Notes: generated by a model not told the origin, from the letters alone. DNA of 41,087 nt from Limisphaerales bacterium (GCA_046593365.1 JBKJOA010000066.1:1-41087), one strand, 5' to 3'; positions 17,819 through 26,814 are shown, counted from the first letter of the stretch. Translations and numbers: made by a program.

Positions 17819-19503
17819 ACAATGTCTAACTCACCGGCGATGGTAGTGCCATCGGTTTTTTCTGTAGTGCTGTTGCTCGTAGTTCCTCCGTTTTGCAGCT
17901 TTTGGTTTACGACTGTATAGGCCGGGATGATTCTATTTAACTGTGACTGGGTGGCACCGAGATGGTCACGAATGATTTCCCCGAGCACAGATCGATAATC
18001 AACGGAGCGTTTCAAATAACTGGAACTGACTCCAAACATAGTACCGTTCTTGATGTTCGGTGGTTTTACAGGGTCGGGGTCCGGGATGACGGCTCCCGGA
18101 GTCCACCCAACCGAATGGCCGTTGTAATTGTCGCCCGTATGGCAACCAAAAATGCCAGTGATGCGGCCATTTTTGCCATAACCTTTCACACCGCCCCCGG
18201 CAACGAACATCGGGCCAGCTTCGGCGTGATCTGTGCCGAAAGTTCCGTTTTCGGCGCTGGTTCTGCCAAATTCGGAGAGGGTCACGACGATCATGTTATC
18301 CCAGGTGGCTCGGTCATGGTAAATCTGGAAATATTTTCGAAGGCCATACATCGCCCAGGCAATTCGCTTTTGGAGCTTGGCGTGATCGCCTTCAAAACGA
18401 TTAGGGAGCGCCGTAACTGGATCAACAGGGAGGATTTGATTGCTATGTGTGTCAAATCCTCCTAATTCCGTGCCAGCGATAATGGCGTCGGTTTTGTTCA
18501 AGATTTGCGCCGCTGCTTTCAGGCTTTTAAAGAAAGTATAAGTGTTGGAACTGGAATCGACCACGCCATTGGGATTTTTAGCAGCCGCAGTTGGAAAGAG
18601 ATAATAACCTTGGGTCGGCCCCGCCACGGAATCCTGAAATGTGTTTCCCGTTTCAGAGAAATCGATTCCTCCCGCAAACTCGCCCAAGACCGTATTGAGG
18701 TTTTTATATTGCAAGCTGAGAAGCTCGCGATTTTTTTTGTTCGGCCCCGAAAAGCTGTTGGCAGTGAAAAGGTTGTTGGTCGCCTTCAATTGTCCAGCCG
18801 TAATGTTGGGGATGCCGAGCAATTTAAAACGTGTGGGATCACTGAGATTGGTCATGGCCGCATCGGAACCGCGCAACAAAAGCGGCAATGCGGATTGAAT
18901 CGAAACGCCGGTAAGAGGATTGGTGTTCGCCAAACCTGACTCGATCATTGCGCGATAAAAAATTCCGTCCTTGGAAAGGTTATTGTTCGGATTGCCGTTT
19001 TCCCAATAGATTTGGGAATCAAAATGAGAGCGCGATTGCCTTGGATAGCCGACACGATGGATTAATGCCAAGTCCCCCGCGTTGTGGACCGGAGCGAGAT
19101 ATTTTAAGGACGGATGAAGTGCGGCAAACCCATTGCCGCCACGGATGGCTTCCGTCGGAAAACCCGCCAGCCCACTAAAGTCATCCATTAAACCGGTCGC
19201 CGTGGAATAATAATTTGCCGGTGCCGTCCCGCTTTTTGGAATACCAATTTTGGGACGATTAGGGGCATAAACCGGATCTTCAATTGGAATGACGGAATTG
19301 AGACCGTCATTGCCAAAGCGCAGAAAAATAAAAAGCACTTTCTTAGTTTTTCCGTCTGGTCCGGGAATTCCAATGTTGCCTTCAGCCAGGGCGCGCTTCA
19401 TTACGAACGGAATGTCGGTCAAAGTGGAGAGCGCAACACCAAGGCCGATTTTTAAACTGCGGTCAAAGAAACCGCGACGGGTGATAATGTTAAAATGTTG
19501 CAT
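17815..19503 (-). CDS. DUF1501 family protein with Tat-type signal (DUF1800 partner type)
   Basis: Twin-arginine motif TRRGFFDRSLKIGLGVAL. Hallmark blocks YPRQSRSHFDSQIYWENG, GGFDTHSNQ and VVTLSEFGRTSAENGTFGTDHAEAGPMFVAGGGVKG. Confidence 0.85.
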   Translation of the reverse strand: MQHFNIITRRGFFDRSLKIGLGVALSTLTDIPFVMKRALAEGNIGIPGPDGKTKKVLFIFLRFGNDGLNSVIPIEDPVYAPNRPKIGIPKSGTAPANYYSTATGLMDDFSGLAGFPTEAIRGGNGFAALHPSLKYLAPVHNAGDLALIHRVGYPRQSRSHFDSQIYWENGNPNNNLSKDGIFYRAMIESGLANTNPLTGVSIQSALPLLLRGSDAAMTNLSDPTRFKLLGIPNITAGQLKATNNLFTANSFSGPNKKNRELLSLQYKNLNTVLGEFAGGIDFSETGNTFQDSVAGPTQGYYLFPTAAAKNPNGVVDSSSNTYTFFKSLKAAAQILNKTDAIIAGTELGGFDTHSNQILPVDPVTALPNRFEGDHAKLQKRIAWAMYGLRKYFQIYHDRATWDNMIVVTLSEFGRTSAENGTFGTDHAEAGPMFVAGGGVKGYGKNGRITGIFGCHTGDNYNGHSVGWTPGAVIPDPDPVKPPNIKNGTMFGVSSSYLKRSVDYRSVLGEIIRDHLGATQSQLNRIIPAYTVVNQKLQNGGTTSNSTTEKTDGTTIAGELDIV

Positions 19504-19505
19504 AA

Positions 19506-21719
19506 TTATTGTTCCTGGAAACGTTGCAGAGAAAACAGATATGCGACCATACCGCGGACTCGGATATCGTAAGCACCAGTTGCGGTGGCGCTTGGAGTCA
19601 AATTTGCAAAAAAGGTTGCCGTGGCTGGATTATCCGCACTGCCGTCATTTAAATAATTTATTGCAGCCGTTCGATATTGATTAAGATTTCCCGCTCCTTC
19701 GCCCGGATACATGATACCTAATACGTAATCCACGATTGCCGCTGCGTTTGTTCGACTAGCCACCGGCAGTTTTGAGAAAATTAAATTCACCGGCGAGCAA
19801 AAGGTATTATTTCCAGCGTCATTGGTCGAGGTTTCGGATGTGCCGGTGTGTCCAGCCTGGCCAATCGCAGTAGAGAACGACTGCACAAAGCGGATTCGTT
19901 CCGAAAGAGTTCCGGAACTAATCCAATAAGGAGCATCTTCGGGGTAGCCGTCCGGTGCGCCGCGGTCAAAGAGACTCATGGCACCCATTCGATTAAGAGG
20001 TCCTAACAATCCCGGCGAGTTCCCGACTGTTTTAACCAGATTATAACCATCCGTATCCGCTGAGTAGGAATTGACCAGAAAACTTCCATTTGTGCTCGAA
20101 CGCAAAGCTCGAATTGCGCTCACCGTATATTCGAGCGGAGTTTTTACTTTTTGCATAGATCCGTCATGACTTCGAAACAGATCAGAATTAAAAATCGTCG
20201 TCAGCACCGGCCTGATTCGCCCTTTAGGCGGAGTGTTCCACGCTGTCATGCAATCCCTAACCAACTGAGCCTCCGGCGACAAATTTCCTCCAGCGTAGTC
20301 ATAAAAATCGTAAGCGGGATTGTTGGTGTCATTGCTGGGATTTGGGAAGTCGTCATGAACAAAGAGACGGCAAAGTTTTACACTGATATATTCCTGGGTG
20401 AACGGTAAATCCGCCAGATAAGAGATGACGTCGTAGCCATCCTGAATCGCATTGGTACCTGTGCGTGCGGGAAAGCCAAAGGTGTATTTTCCAGGAACGG
20501 TATTCGTCCCATATAAACTAGTCGTATAAGGAGCACCAAAACGCGCTGGAATGGAGGCATTGGTAAACAGAGTTTTCGGACGAGTGCCGGGACTAACGTC
20601 ATGGGCCGCGGAGTTAAAATTAAAAGCCCAAACACCGGCCAGATTCGAGACGATGTTATAATTCGTTTGGCCCGCTGCAATTGCGCTAGCGAGCATATTG
20701 GTCAGGCGCGTCGCAAAAGGATTGAATGCATTGGTTGGTGAGACGATTTGAATTGTCCAACCCGTCCAAGACCTAGACATCGCCAGGATGTCGTTTTGGG
20801 TATATCCGTTATCGACACCGAAGGTAAAAAGCTCCAGAAGTTCGCGCGCATAATTTTCGTTGGCGATGTTTGAACCGTTTCCCTTACTCGTCACTGTGTC
20901 CAAATAGATAATCATCGCAGGGCTTTCCGCGCTTATCCTTAACAGATCGTAGAAAGTGCATGCGGGATTGAGCAGAGCGTTGCGCCATTTATCATTTTCC
21001 AGATACTCGAATTGCGTGGCAATGCGGTTTTCATTCACGCCTCCATCGTAAAATTGATCAAAATAGTCGTCAGATTTCGAAAACTGGGTCACAAAATGAT
21101 TCTCAAAAAACTGGAGCAGCACTTCCAACAATTGGCGTTTCGCGCCAACCGCCCTCAAAATGTGCCAGGCGCGAAAATCATCTATCGTGGCGTAATTGGA
21201 ACTGGAGGGGATTACATCCAAGACGCCGGCGAATTTTGCTTGGATAATATTGATGTTTGTATGGGAATTGGTCACGGTTTCGGCAATTGATTCTGGGGCA
21301 AGTTGTTCGATAATGTAAGCATCGGGACCAATCGGGCTGATTCCGGTAAGGATTCTATCGAGGTCATCGGGCGAAGGTCCGTAAGCCAGCCGATTTAGGA
21401 CATTCGCTGATAATAATTCGTTGCTCGTCAGCGGCGTTACCTTCAGTTGGTAAAAATTTACCGGAACGGTGCTGGTTCCCGTCCATACATACCCCGAAAT
21501 CAGGCCACTGCTATTCGTGGTGAATCCATTAGCCAGATTCGTGCTGCTCAAAATTGAATAGTTCTTTGCAGCAGGGAATGGAGCCCACTTGATGATCTGT
21601 TGCGATCCGTTGAACGAAAAATTTGTTATCGACAGAGGCGGCGGTTCCGAGGCAATCACCAAAAGCGAAGATGCGAATATAAAAAAATTAACCAAAAACA
21701 GTTTATTCATAGCAGTCAT
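19506..21719 (-). CDS. DUF1800 family secreted protein with an extra N-terminal FYR-type module
   Basis: Signal peptide MTAMNKLFLVNFFIFASSLLVIAS. DUF1800 blocks LNRLAYGPSPDDL, LLQFFENHFVTQ and ELLELFTFGVDNGYTQNDILAMSRSWTGW. Its stop is 2 nt before the DUF1501 ATG (TAAttATG). Confidence 0.85.
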   Translation of the reverse strand: MTAMNKLFLVNFFIFASSLLVIASEPPPLSITNFSFNGSQQIIKWAPFPAAKNYSILSSTNLANGFTTNSSGLISGYVWTGTSTVPVNFYQLKVTPLTSNELLSANVLNRLAYGPSPDDLDRILTGISPIGPDAYIIEQLAPESIAETVTNSHTNINIIQAKFAGVLDVIPSSSNYATIDDFRAWHILRAVGAKRQLLEVLLQFFENHFVTQFSKSDDYFDQFYDGGVNENRIATQFEYLENDKWRNALLNPACTFYDLLRISAESPAMIIYLDTVTSKGNGSNIANENYARELLELFTFGVDNGYTQNDILAMSRSWTGWTIQIVSPTNAFNPFATRLTNMLASAIAAGQTNYNIVSNLAGVWAFNFNSAAHDVSPGTRPKTLFTNASIPARFGAPYTTSLYGTNTVPGKYTFGFPARTGTNAIQDGYDVISYLADLPFTQEYISVKLCRLFVHDDFPNPSNDTNNPAYDFYDYAGGNLSPEAQLVRDCMTAWNTPPKGRIRPVLTTIFNSDLFRSHDGSMQKVKTPLEYTVSAIRALRSSTNGSFLVNSYSADTDGYNLVKTVGNSPGLLGPLNRMGAMSLFDRGAPDGYPEDAPYWISSGTLSERIRFVQSFSTAIGQAGHTGTSETSTNDAGNNTFCSPVNLIFSKLPVASRTNAAAIVDYVLGIMYPGEGAGNLNQYRTAAINYLNDGSADNPATATFFANLTPSATATGAYDIRVRGMVAYLFSLQRFQEQ

Positions 21720-21976
21720 TCGATTTATAAGCTCAGCCTCCGCATGGGTTTAATTTCAACATGTTACTGATTTTTAGTAACTTTCTCAAGATTAAAAACG
21801 GGGCCTAAAAATCATTATAAAATTTGCACTAAACTCATTCTCGGATTATCATAAGCAGTTAAGGAGCCATGAATTGTGAATAACTTTTTCCGATTTATGC
21901 TTGTTTTTTTGGCATTTATGTCTCATAACTAGACTTGAAATCAAAATTGATCCCCCTCCAATCGGGAGGAAAACTT

Positions 21977-22735
21977 ATGAAAACGGGCACATTATTTAGA
22001 TCGCCGACAGCAGTTCTTGTTGTGGCCATTGCTGTATTTCCAATCCTCAACGTATTCGCTGAGAATCACTCTGGTGAGGTGGTGCGTGTCGAAGCCATAA
22101 AAGGCGCGGCGCATTATTCCACCGACAAAGAGGTGTGGCTGCCGCTGAAAGTTCGCTCCACTTTGAAGCCTGGAACGCTGGTAAAGACATCTCAGGAATC
22201 AACAGTTCGTCTGGTTTTTAAAGAGAACGCCAGTGTCGTTACAGCCAACCCGAACTCCGTGGTTCGAATTACCCGCATGTCATCTGCTGAGACGGGGCTG
22301 GAATCAGTATCAGAAACTGACTTGGATCTGATCGAAGGTAGCTTGAATGGATTACAAACTAAAAGTTCTGCTCTTTCCCGCTTTAAAATCAACGTGCGAG
22401 AGGGTTTTGCGGTTCTCGATCGGAGCGACTATTCCATCAACGCCGATGGTCCACTCACCATCTTGCGTGGATCGCTTCCTGTTCAATACGATCATATTTC
22501 CTTGGTCGTTTCTCCTCAATATGTTCAAACCATCGCACCATCGGTAGAATCTATCGAGGTTGCTTCAACGAAAGCGCGCTCTTTAGCAGTCTCTAAAGAG
22601 TCCCCGGTTTCACAACATGGAAACAACGGCGTTGGTAATGGTGAAGATCCTGCGCCTCCAGGTAATCCCAAGCCTAATGACGGACCTGGCACAAGCCCTG
22701 GTAATCCAGGCAACGGACGTCCGCCTCGACCTTAG
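21977..22735 (+). CDS. Secreted FecR-domain-like protein with a Pro/Gly/Asn-rich tail
   Basis: GGGAGGA Shine-Dalgarno 6 nt before ATG 21977, and a signal/TM segment LVVAIAVFPILNVFA. VVRVEAIKGAAHYS...WLPLKVRSTLKPGTLVKTSQESTVRLVFKENASVV resembles the FecR fold. The low-complexity C-terminus is GNGEDPAPPGNPKPNDGPGTSPGNPGNGRPPRP. Confidence 0.6.
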   Translation: MKTGTLFRSPTAVLVVAIAVFPILNVFAENHSGEVVRVEAIKGAAHYSTDKEVWLPLKVRSTLKPGTLVKTSQESTVRLVFKENASVVTANPNSVVRITRMSSAETGLESVSETDLDLIEGSLNGLQTKSSALSRFKINVREGFAVLDRSDYSINADGPLTILRGSLPVQYDHISLVVSPQYVQTIAPSVESIEVASTKARSLAVSKESPVSQHGNNGVGNGEDPAPPGNPKPNDGPGTSPGNPGNGRPPRP

Positions 22736-22750
22736 TTAGAATTTAATGTG

Positions 22751-22785
22751 AAAAAGCCGACGGGGAGAATCCCCGTCGGCTTTTT
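22751..22785. terminator. Bidirectional Rho-independent terminator between convergent genes
   Basis: AAAAA-GCCGACGGGG-agaat-CCCCGTCGGC-TTTTT. This is a perfect GC-rich 10-11-bp stem with a 5-nt loop, an A-run upstream and a T-run downstream. Confidence 0.8.
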
Positions 22786-22974
22786 AATTCTTCCTCAGTC
22801 TAAATTCCGCAGCTTAAAAAAACCGCCACAGAATTCGGTTTATGGGCACATTTTAACACCGCTCTTCCCATAGACAGTGAATCGGCTTTTTTCGTAGCAA
22901 ATGCTGTGAAGTTTTGTTGCGTTCTTTCGTAGCCATTGCAACTTCGGTTCAGGGTTGAGATTACGGACATTATC

Positions 22975-25900
22975 TTAATTAACTCGTACTCTGTAGAAGC
23001 GTTGTAGATCCGTAGCGGAACTATCAATAACCAAGACATTAGTTGCAATAACCGGCGTCAAGTTAGTCAAAAAAGCCCATGCGTTCGTGGTGAAGGTTGG
23101 AAGATACTCAACGGTATAGTTAATTCCCGCTTGTGCGTTAAATTGAAAGCTGAACTGCGCCGGAAGTTTCTCGATCTTGCTGAATTCTGATAACCGAGCC
23201 GGAATTGAAAGCCGATAAAACTGCTGGCTGTTCTGACTTGAATCAAAATAGGAGAAACTGTTGGTGCTCACTGCCGCCGTGAAGTTGGTCGCAACACTCC
23301 ATGAACCCGTAGTCAGTGACCCTCGAGTTTCCACTTGGTAAGTGCGCCCGCCAACGACGGCAAAAAAGATCCGCTGACCTTGCGCGTTGTGGCTGATACG
23401 ATCGATTCGTAGAGGTGGTTCTGCCAGGACCAACCGATAAAATCGCTGGCTAAGTTGAATTGGATCTAAATAGGAGTAACTGTTGGTGGTAACTGCGGCC
23501 GTGAAGTTGGTCGCAACACTCCATGAACCCGTGGTCAGCGAACCTCGAGTTTCAACCTGGTAAGTGCGCCCCCCCTCGACCGCAAAAAAGATCCTCATAC
23601 CTTGCGCGTTGCGGGTAACGCGATCAATTTGCAGCGGTAGTTCTGCAAGTACCAATCGATAAATGCGATTGGAATCGTAAGCTCCATCGCTCACGATGAA
23701 ATTCGTGGTAACAGGTGATGCTGCAACAGTTTTTAGCTCAAACCAAGGTGCGTTTGTAGCAGCGGCGTAATCGATTCTGTAAGTTTGTCCGGCCTGTGCA
23801 TTAAAATATAGTTTTGTGTAACCGGAGACGTAAGCTGGCTTTTGGATTTGAAGTAGCTCTACGTTGAGCGGATTGACCACAATTAGAAAACTATTAGTAC
23901 TGCTCAGGGATGGAATTCCGTTATCCGATGCTCGTATTCGAACTATATTCGTGCTTGCCGCTTGGTTGGCACTCGGCGTCCAACTGAAAACACCTTGTGC
24001 AGTGATTGCGGCACCCTGCGGCGCTGCCACCAACGAATAAGTGACGGTGTTCGCTGGGATATCAGGATCCACCGCAGAGTTGGTCAGGAAGAACGGTATT
24101 CCGGCATCAATCAACACGTTCGATGGAACTGAAATAATTGGAGCAGTGTTGATCTCATTTGCAACCACGGCGAAAGAATTTGTGCTGCTTAGATTCGGCG
24201 TGCCATTGTCGGTAACTCGAACTGAAACGATGTTCGTGCTCGATCCTTGCGCTTCGGTGGGTACCCATGAAAATACCCCGTTGGTGCTAATGCTCGCGCC
24301 CGCTGGTGCTGACAAAAGAGAAAAAGTCAGCGTGTTGGCATCCACATCCGTAGCAATATTGGTCACGAGCAACGCAGTTTCTTCATTGACGACCTGTGTG
24401 CCGACAGGAGTGAGAACCGGCGCATGATTCACCGAACTTACGGTCAACAGAAAACTATCACTGTTCGTAATCCCATCAGAGTCCGTCACTATCAGCGTTA
24501 TCAAGGTCGTTCCAGACTGATTTGTTGCAGGAGAGATGGAAACGTTGCGATTCGTTCCACTTCCTCCAAAGATCATTCGCGAAATTGGGAGCAAGGCCAA
24601 GTTAGATGAAGTTGCTGAAACAACCAGATTTGACGCGGGGGTTTCCAAGTCGCTTACATTGAAAGGAATCAACGCACCCACCGCATTTTCGTTGATAGTT
24701 TGGTTGCCCACATCAGAAATGAAAGGAATGGTTGTTGTACTGAGCTTTGTTACGAGAAAATCACTTCCACCCACGCTAGTGACTATATTCGTTCCTAAGG
24801 ATGCTCTTGAGAAGAATACTCCTGCCACAAAGGCGTTTCCGAGACTGTCTAAAGCGATGCTGTTTCCGTAATCGTAGTTAGTACCCCCCCCTTTTTGAAT
24901 CCACCCGAGCGTCCCGGTGCTGCCATACTTGGCGATGAATAAATCATGCTGGCCGCTGCTCGTAACATTCGTTCCAGAAAAAGAAGCAGTCCCTCGAAAA
25001 TATCCAGTAAGGAATGCATTCCCGAACCGATCAATAACAACGGAATACGCTTCATCATCCCCGGTAGATGACCCCGCTTTTTGTGCCCAAAGAAAATTTC
25101 CGGCAGTGTCATATTTCGCAAGAGCGATATCGGCGCTTCCGCTGCTGACTAGATTTGTGTTTCCAAATGTCGCAGTGCTTCGAAATGATCCACAGACGTA
25201 TGGATTGCCCAGAGTATCCACTGCAACTGAATAACCATAGTCAAACGCTCCACTTCCTCCCGCTCGCCGAAGCCATTGCGCGATTCCATTGGGATCATAC
25301 TTCGCCAAAAAAATATCCTGCGCGCCTAACGCATTAGCCGTTTTTCCGGCTAATGTCACCGCGCCTACCACCCACCCGGAAACAAAGACATTCCCTGCGT
25401 TATCGGCTGCTACGCTAAATCCAACATCGTTTGCAGTACTTCCAAACGAATTCGCCCAGAGCACATTTCCAGCGGCGTCATACTTGACCACAAAAATGTC
25501 CCTGTTACCGCCACTCGTTAAAACAACATTACCAAACGTTGCGGTGCTTGAGAAAATACCCGTTACGAAAACATTTCCTGAAGTATCCGTGCAGACCGCG
25601 TTGGCATAATCAACATTGGTCCCGCCGCCACGACGCGCCCACAAAAAGTTTCCATTCGGGTCGTATTTGGCCAAAAACATGTCGTGAGTTCCCGCACTTG
25701 TTAGATTGGTGGTGCCAAAAGTTGCTGTGCTGGTAAATCGCCCGGCGATATAAATATTCCCGAGGCTATCCAAGGCAGTGCTGTACGCCTCATCCGTGTT
25801 CGTTCCTCCTGCTTGCTTCAACCAGACTCGGCCTCCGCTGGGGTTGAGCTTGATCAAGTAAATTTCATCCTGCCCGCTGCTGACGATATTTGTGCCAAGA

Positions 25901-26091
25901 AAGCTGGCGTTCCCGGTAAAACGCCCCGTTACAATCGAATTACCCGACGCATCAACGGCAATACTGTTGCCATAATCGTCACTGATACTGCCGCCAGCTT
26001 TCGCCCAAAGAAATTCTGGCGGAGTTCCCGCGTGAAGCTCGGATAAGCACGCAGCAAGCAAAAATAAAAATATAAAAAAAGCACAGCGCAT
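22975..26091 (-). CDS. Giant secreted protein: 7 SBBP beta-propeller repeats, 3 cadherin/Ig-like domains, 4 FYR modules
   Basis: Signal peptide MRCAFFIFLFLLAACLSELHA. Seven ~55-aa repeats carry the core (V/L/I)D..GN..(V/I)(T/S/A)G.F...A.FG (VDASGN, LDSLGN, TDTSGN, ADNAGN, VDTLGN, IDRFGN, LDSLGN). Three ~95-aa units are of the type VNHAPVLTPVG...TFSLLSAPAGASIS.NGVFSWVPTEAQ...VRVTDNG. Four C-terminal ~74-aa modules end RIYRLVLAE, RFYRLVLAE, QFYRLSIP and RFYRVRVN. Confidence 0.85.
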   Translation of the reverse strand: MRCAFFIFLFLLAACLSELHAGTPPEFLWAKAGGSISDDYGNSIAVDASGNSIVTGRFTGNASFLGTNIVSSGQDEIYLIKLNPSGGRVWLKQAGGTNTDEAYSTALDSLGNIYIAGRFTSTATFGTTNLTSAGTHDMFLAKYDPNGNFLWARRGGGTNVDYANAVCTDTSGNVFVTGIFSSTATFGNVVLTSGGNRDIFVVKYDAAGNVLWANSFGSTANDVGFSVAADNAGNVFVSGWVVGAVTLAGKTANALGAQDIFLAKYDPNGIAQWLRRAGGSGAFDYGYSVAVDTLGNPYVCGSFRSTATFGNTNLVSSGSADIALAKYDTAGNFLWAQKAGSSTGDDEAYSVVIDRFGNAFLTGYFRGTASFSGTNVTSSGQHDLFIAKYGSTGTLGWIQKGGGTNYDYGNSIALDSLGNAFVAGVFFSRASLGTNIVTSVGGSDFLVTKLSTTTIPFISDVGNQTINENAVGALIPFNVSDLETPASNLVVSATSSNLALLPISRMIFGGSGTNRNVSISPATNQSGTTLITLIVTDSDGITNSDSFLLTVSSVNHAPVLTPVGTQVVNEETALLVTNIATDVDANTLTFSLLSAPAGASISTNGVFSWVPTEAQGSSTNIVSVRVTDNGTPNLSSTNSFAVVANEINTAPIISVPSNVLIDAGIPFFLTNSAVDPDIPANTVTYSLVAAPQGAAITAQGVFSWTPSANQAASTNIVRIRASDNGIPSLSSTNSFLIVVNPLNVELLQIQKPAYVSGYTKLYFNAQAGQTYRIDYAAATNAPWFELKTVAASPVTTNFIVSDGAYDSNRIYRLVLAELPLQIDRVTRNAQGMRIFFAVEGGRTYQVETRGSLTTGSWSVATNFTAAVTTNSYSYLDPIQLSQRFYRLVLAEPPLRIDRISHNAQGQRIFFAVVGGRTYQVETRGSLTTGSWSVATNFTAAVSTNSFSYFDSSQNSQQFYRLSIPARLSEFSKIEKLPAQFSFQFNAQAGINYTVEYLPTFTTNAWAFLTNLTPVIATNVLVIDSSATDLQRFYRVRVN
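23212..23655 (-). repeat. In-frame tandem duplication (2 x 222 bp) inside the SBBP gene
   Basis: Units 23212-23433 and 23434-23655 align without gaps. A 35-nt stretch is identical (23276-23310 = 23498-23532: GCCGTGAAGTTGGTCGCAACACTCCATGAACCCGT). The encoded blocks are IFFAV(E/V)GGRTYQVETRGSLTTGSWSVATNFTAAV(T/S)TNS. Confidence 0.85.
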
Positions 26092-26618
26092 GGCAGGAGC
26101 GTCACCATATCAGAATCAGGGAAAACCTCAAAATGATTTTTGCATTCTTTTGAAGCCCTTTGCGATGGCAGCCAACGTAATTGTGCTTGATCTTGTTTAG
26201 GGCGTCACGTCAGACGGTCGCCGCAAGTGGTCTGGACAACGCCTTCGTTTTACATCTTGTAATTTTGGGGAACACCGGCGGATTTGGTGCGCTTCGGCTT
26301 GGCGTGCAACATCACTCGTCGAGTGCGCTAATTACCGCATTTTCTTGCGCAGGAATGGCAAATATTGGCATCCATTCCAGAGTGGGCGGCATTTGCACAT
26401 GGGCGTCCACTTTTCGCTGCCTTGAAGGCAGCTCTCGGATGGTCCGCAATTGGCTGCGAAGCGAACCAAGCTCGCAGTTGAATCTAAGGAAATTTTTGGG
26501 GAGGCCTGGCCCCGATTCAATGCCACTTCAATGGCATCATGCATGTGCCAACGAAGTATTAACGCAAATCCTCTCCCGCTCCGGGAAATTCGGACGCGCC
26601 AATCGCGAAGATTGCCGT

Positions 26619-26696
26619 TCAGTAAACTCCGAGAAATTTTAAAAGGACAATCACAACCACGATGACTCCGATGATGTAAAATACAGATCTATTCAT
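26619..26696 (-). CDS. Candidate 25-aa hydrophobic micropeptide (below the ORF-track cutoff)
   Basis: ATG at 26696 is preceded by AGGA at about -11. It translates to MNRSVFYIIGVIVVVIVLLKFLGVY*, a single TM-like helix. It lies 118 nt downstream of, and on the same strand as, the 914-aa gene. No homology could be checked. Confidence 0.3.
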   Translation of the reverse strand: MNRSVFYIIGVIVVVIVLLKFLGVY

Positions 26697-26814
26697 GGCA
26701 AAATCCTAAAACCCTCTTTTCGAAAGCAGAATCAGCCTCTAGCTGAAAAAAGCCGACGGTAATTAGCTTAACGGATGTTGAGAATTGCCCTGTAATGAAT
26801 TCGACGCGTCTCCC

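Noticed and set aside
22800-23048. 82-aa minus-strand ORF overlapping the 3' end of the SBBP gene
   Set aside because: It overlaps the real CDS stop region out of frame and extends across the terminator region, so it is probably spurious.
26181-26642. 153-aa plus-strand ORF in the long spacer
   Set aside because: It has a TTG start and no Shine-Dalgarno. Its Cys/Arg/Ser-rich, non-globular-looking translation carries no recognisable motif, and it runs opposite to both flanking genes. I kept it only as part of the 'unexplained spacer' finding.
26746-26759. Second occurrence of the terminator 5' arm motif (GAAAAA)GCCGACGG seen at 22751-22763
   Set aside because: No complementary CCGTCGGC arm is present within reach on either side, so it does not form the same hairpin. 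On the minus strand it reads CCGTCGGCTTTTTT without a partner stem. It is probably a decayed copy or coincidence.
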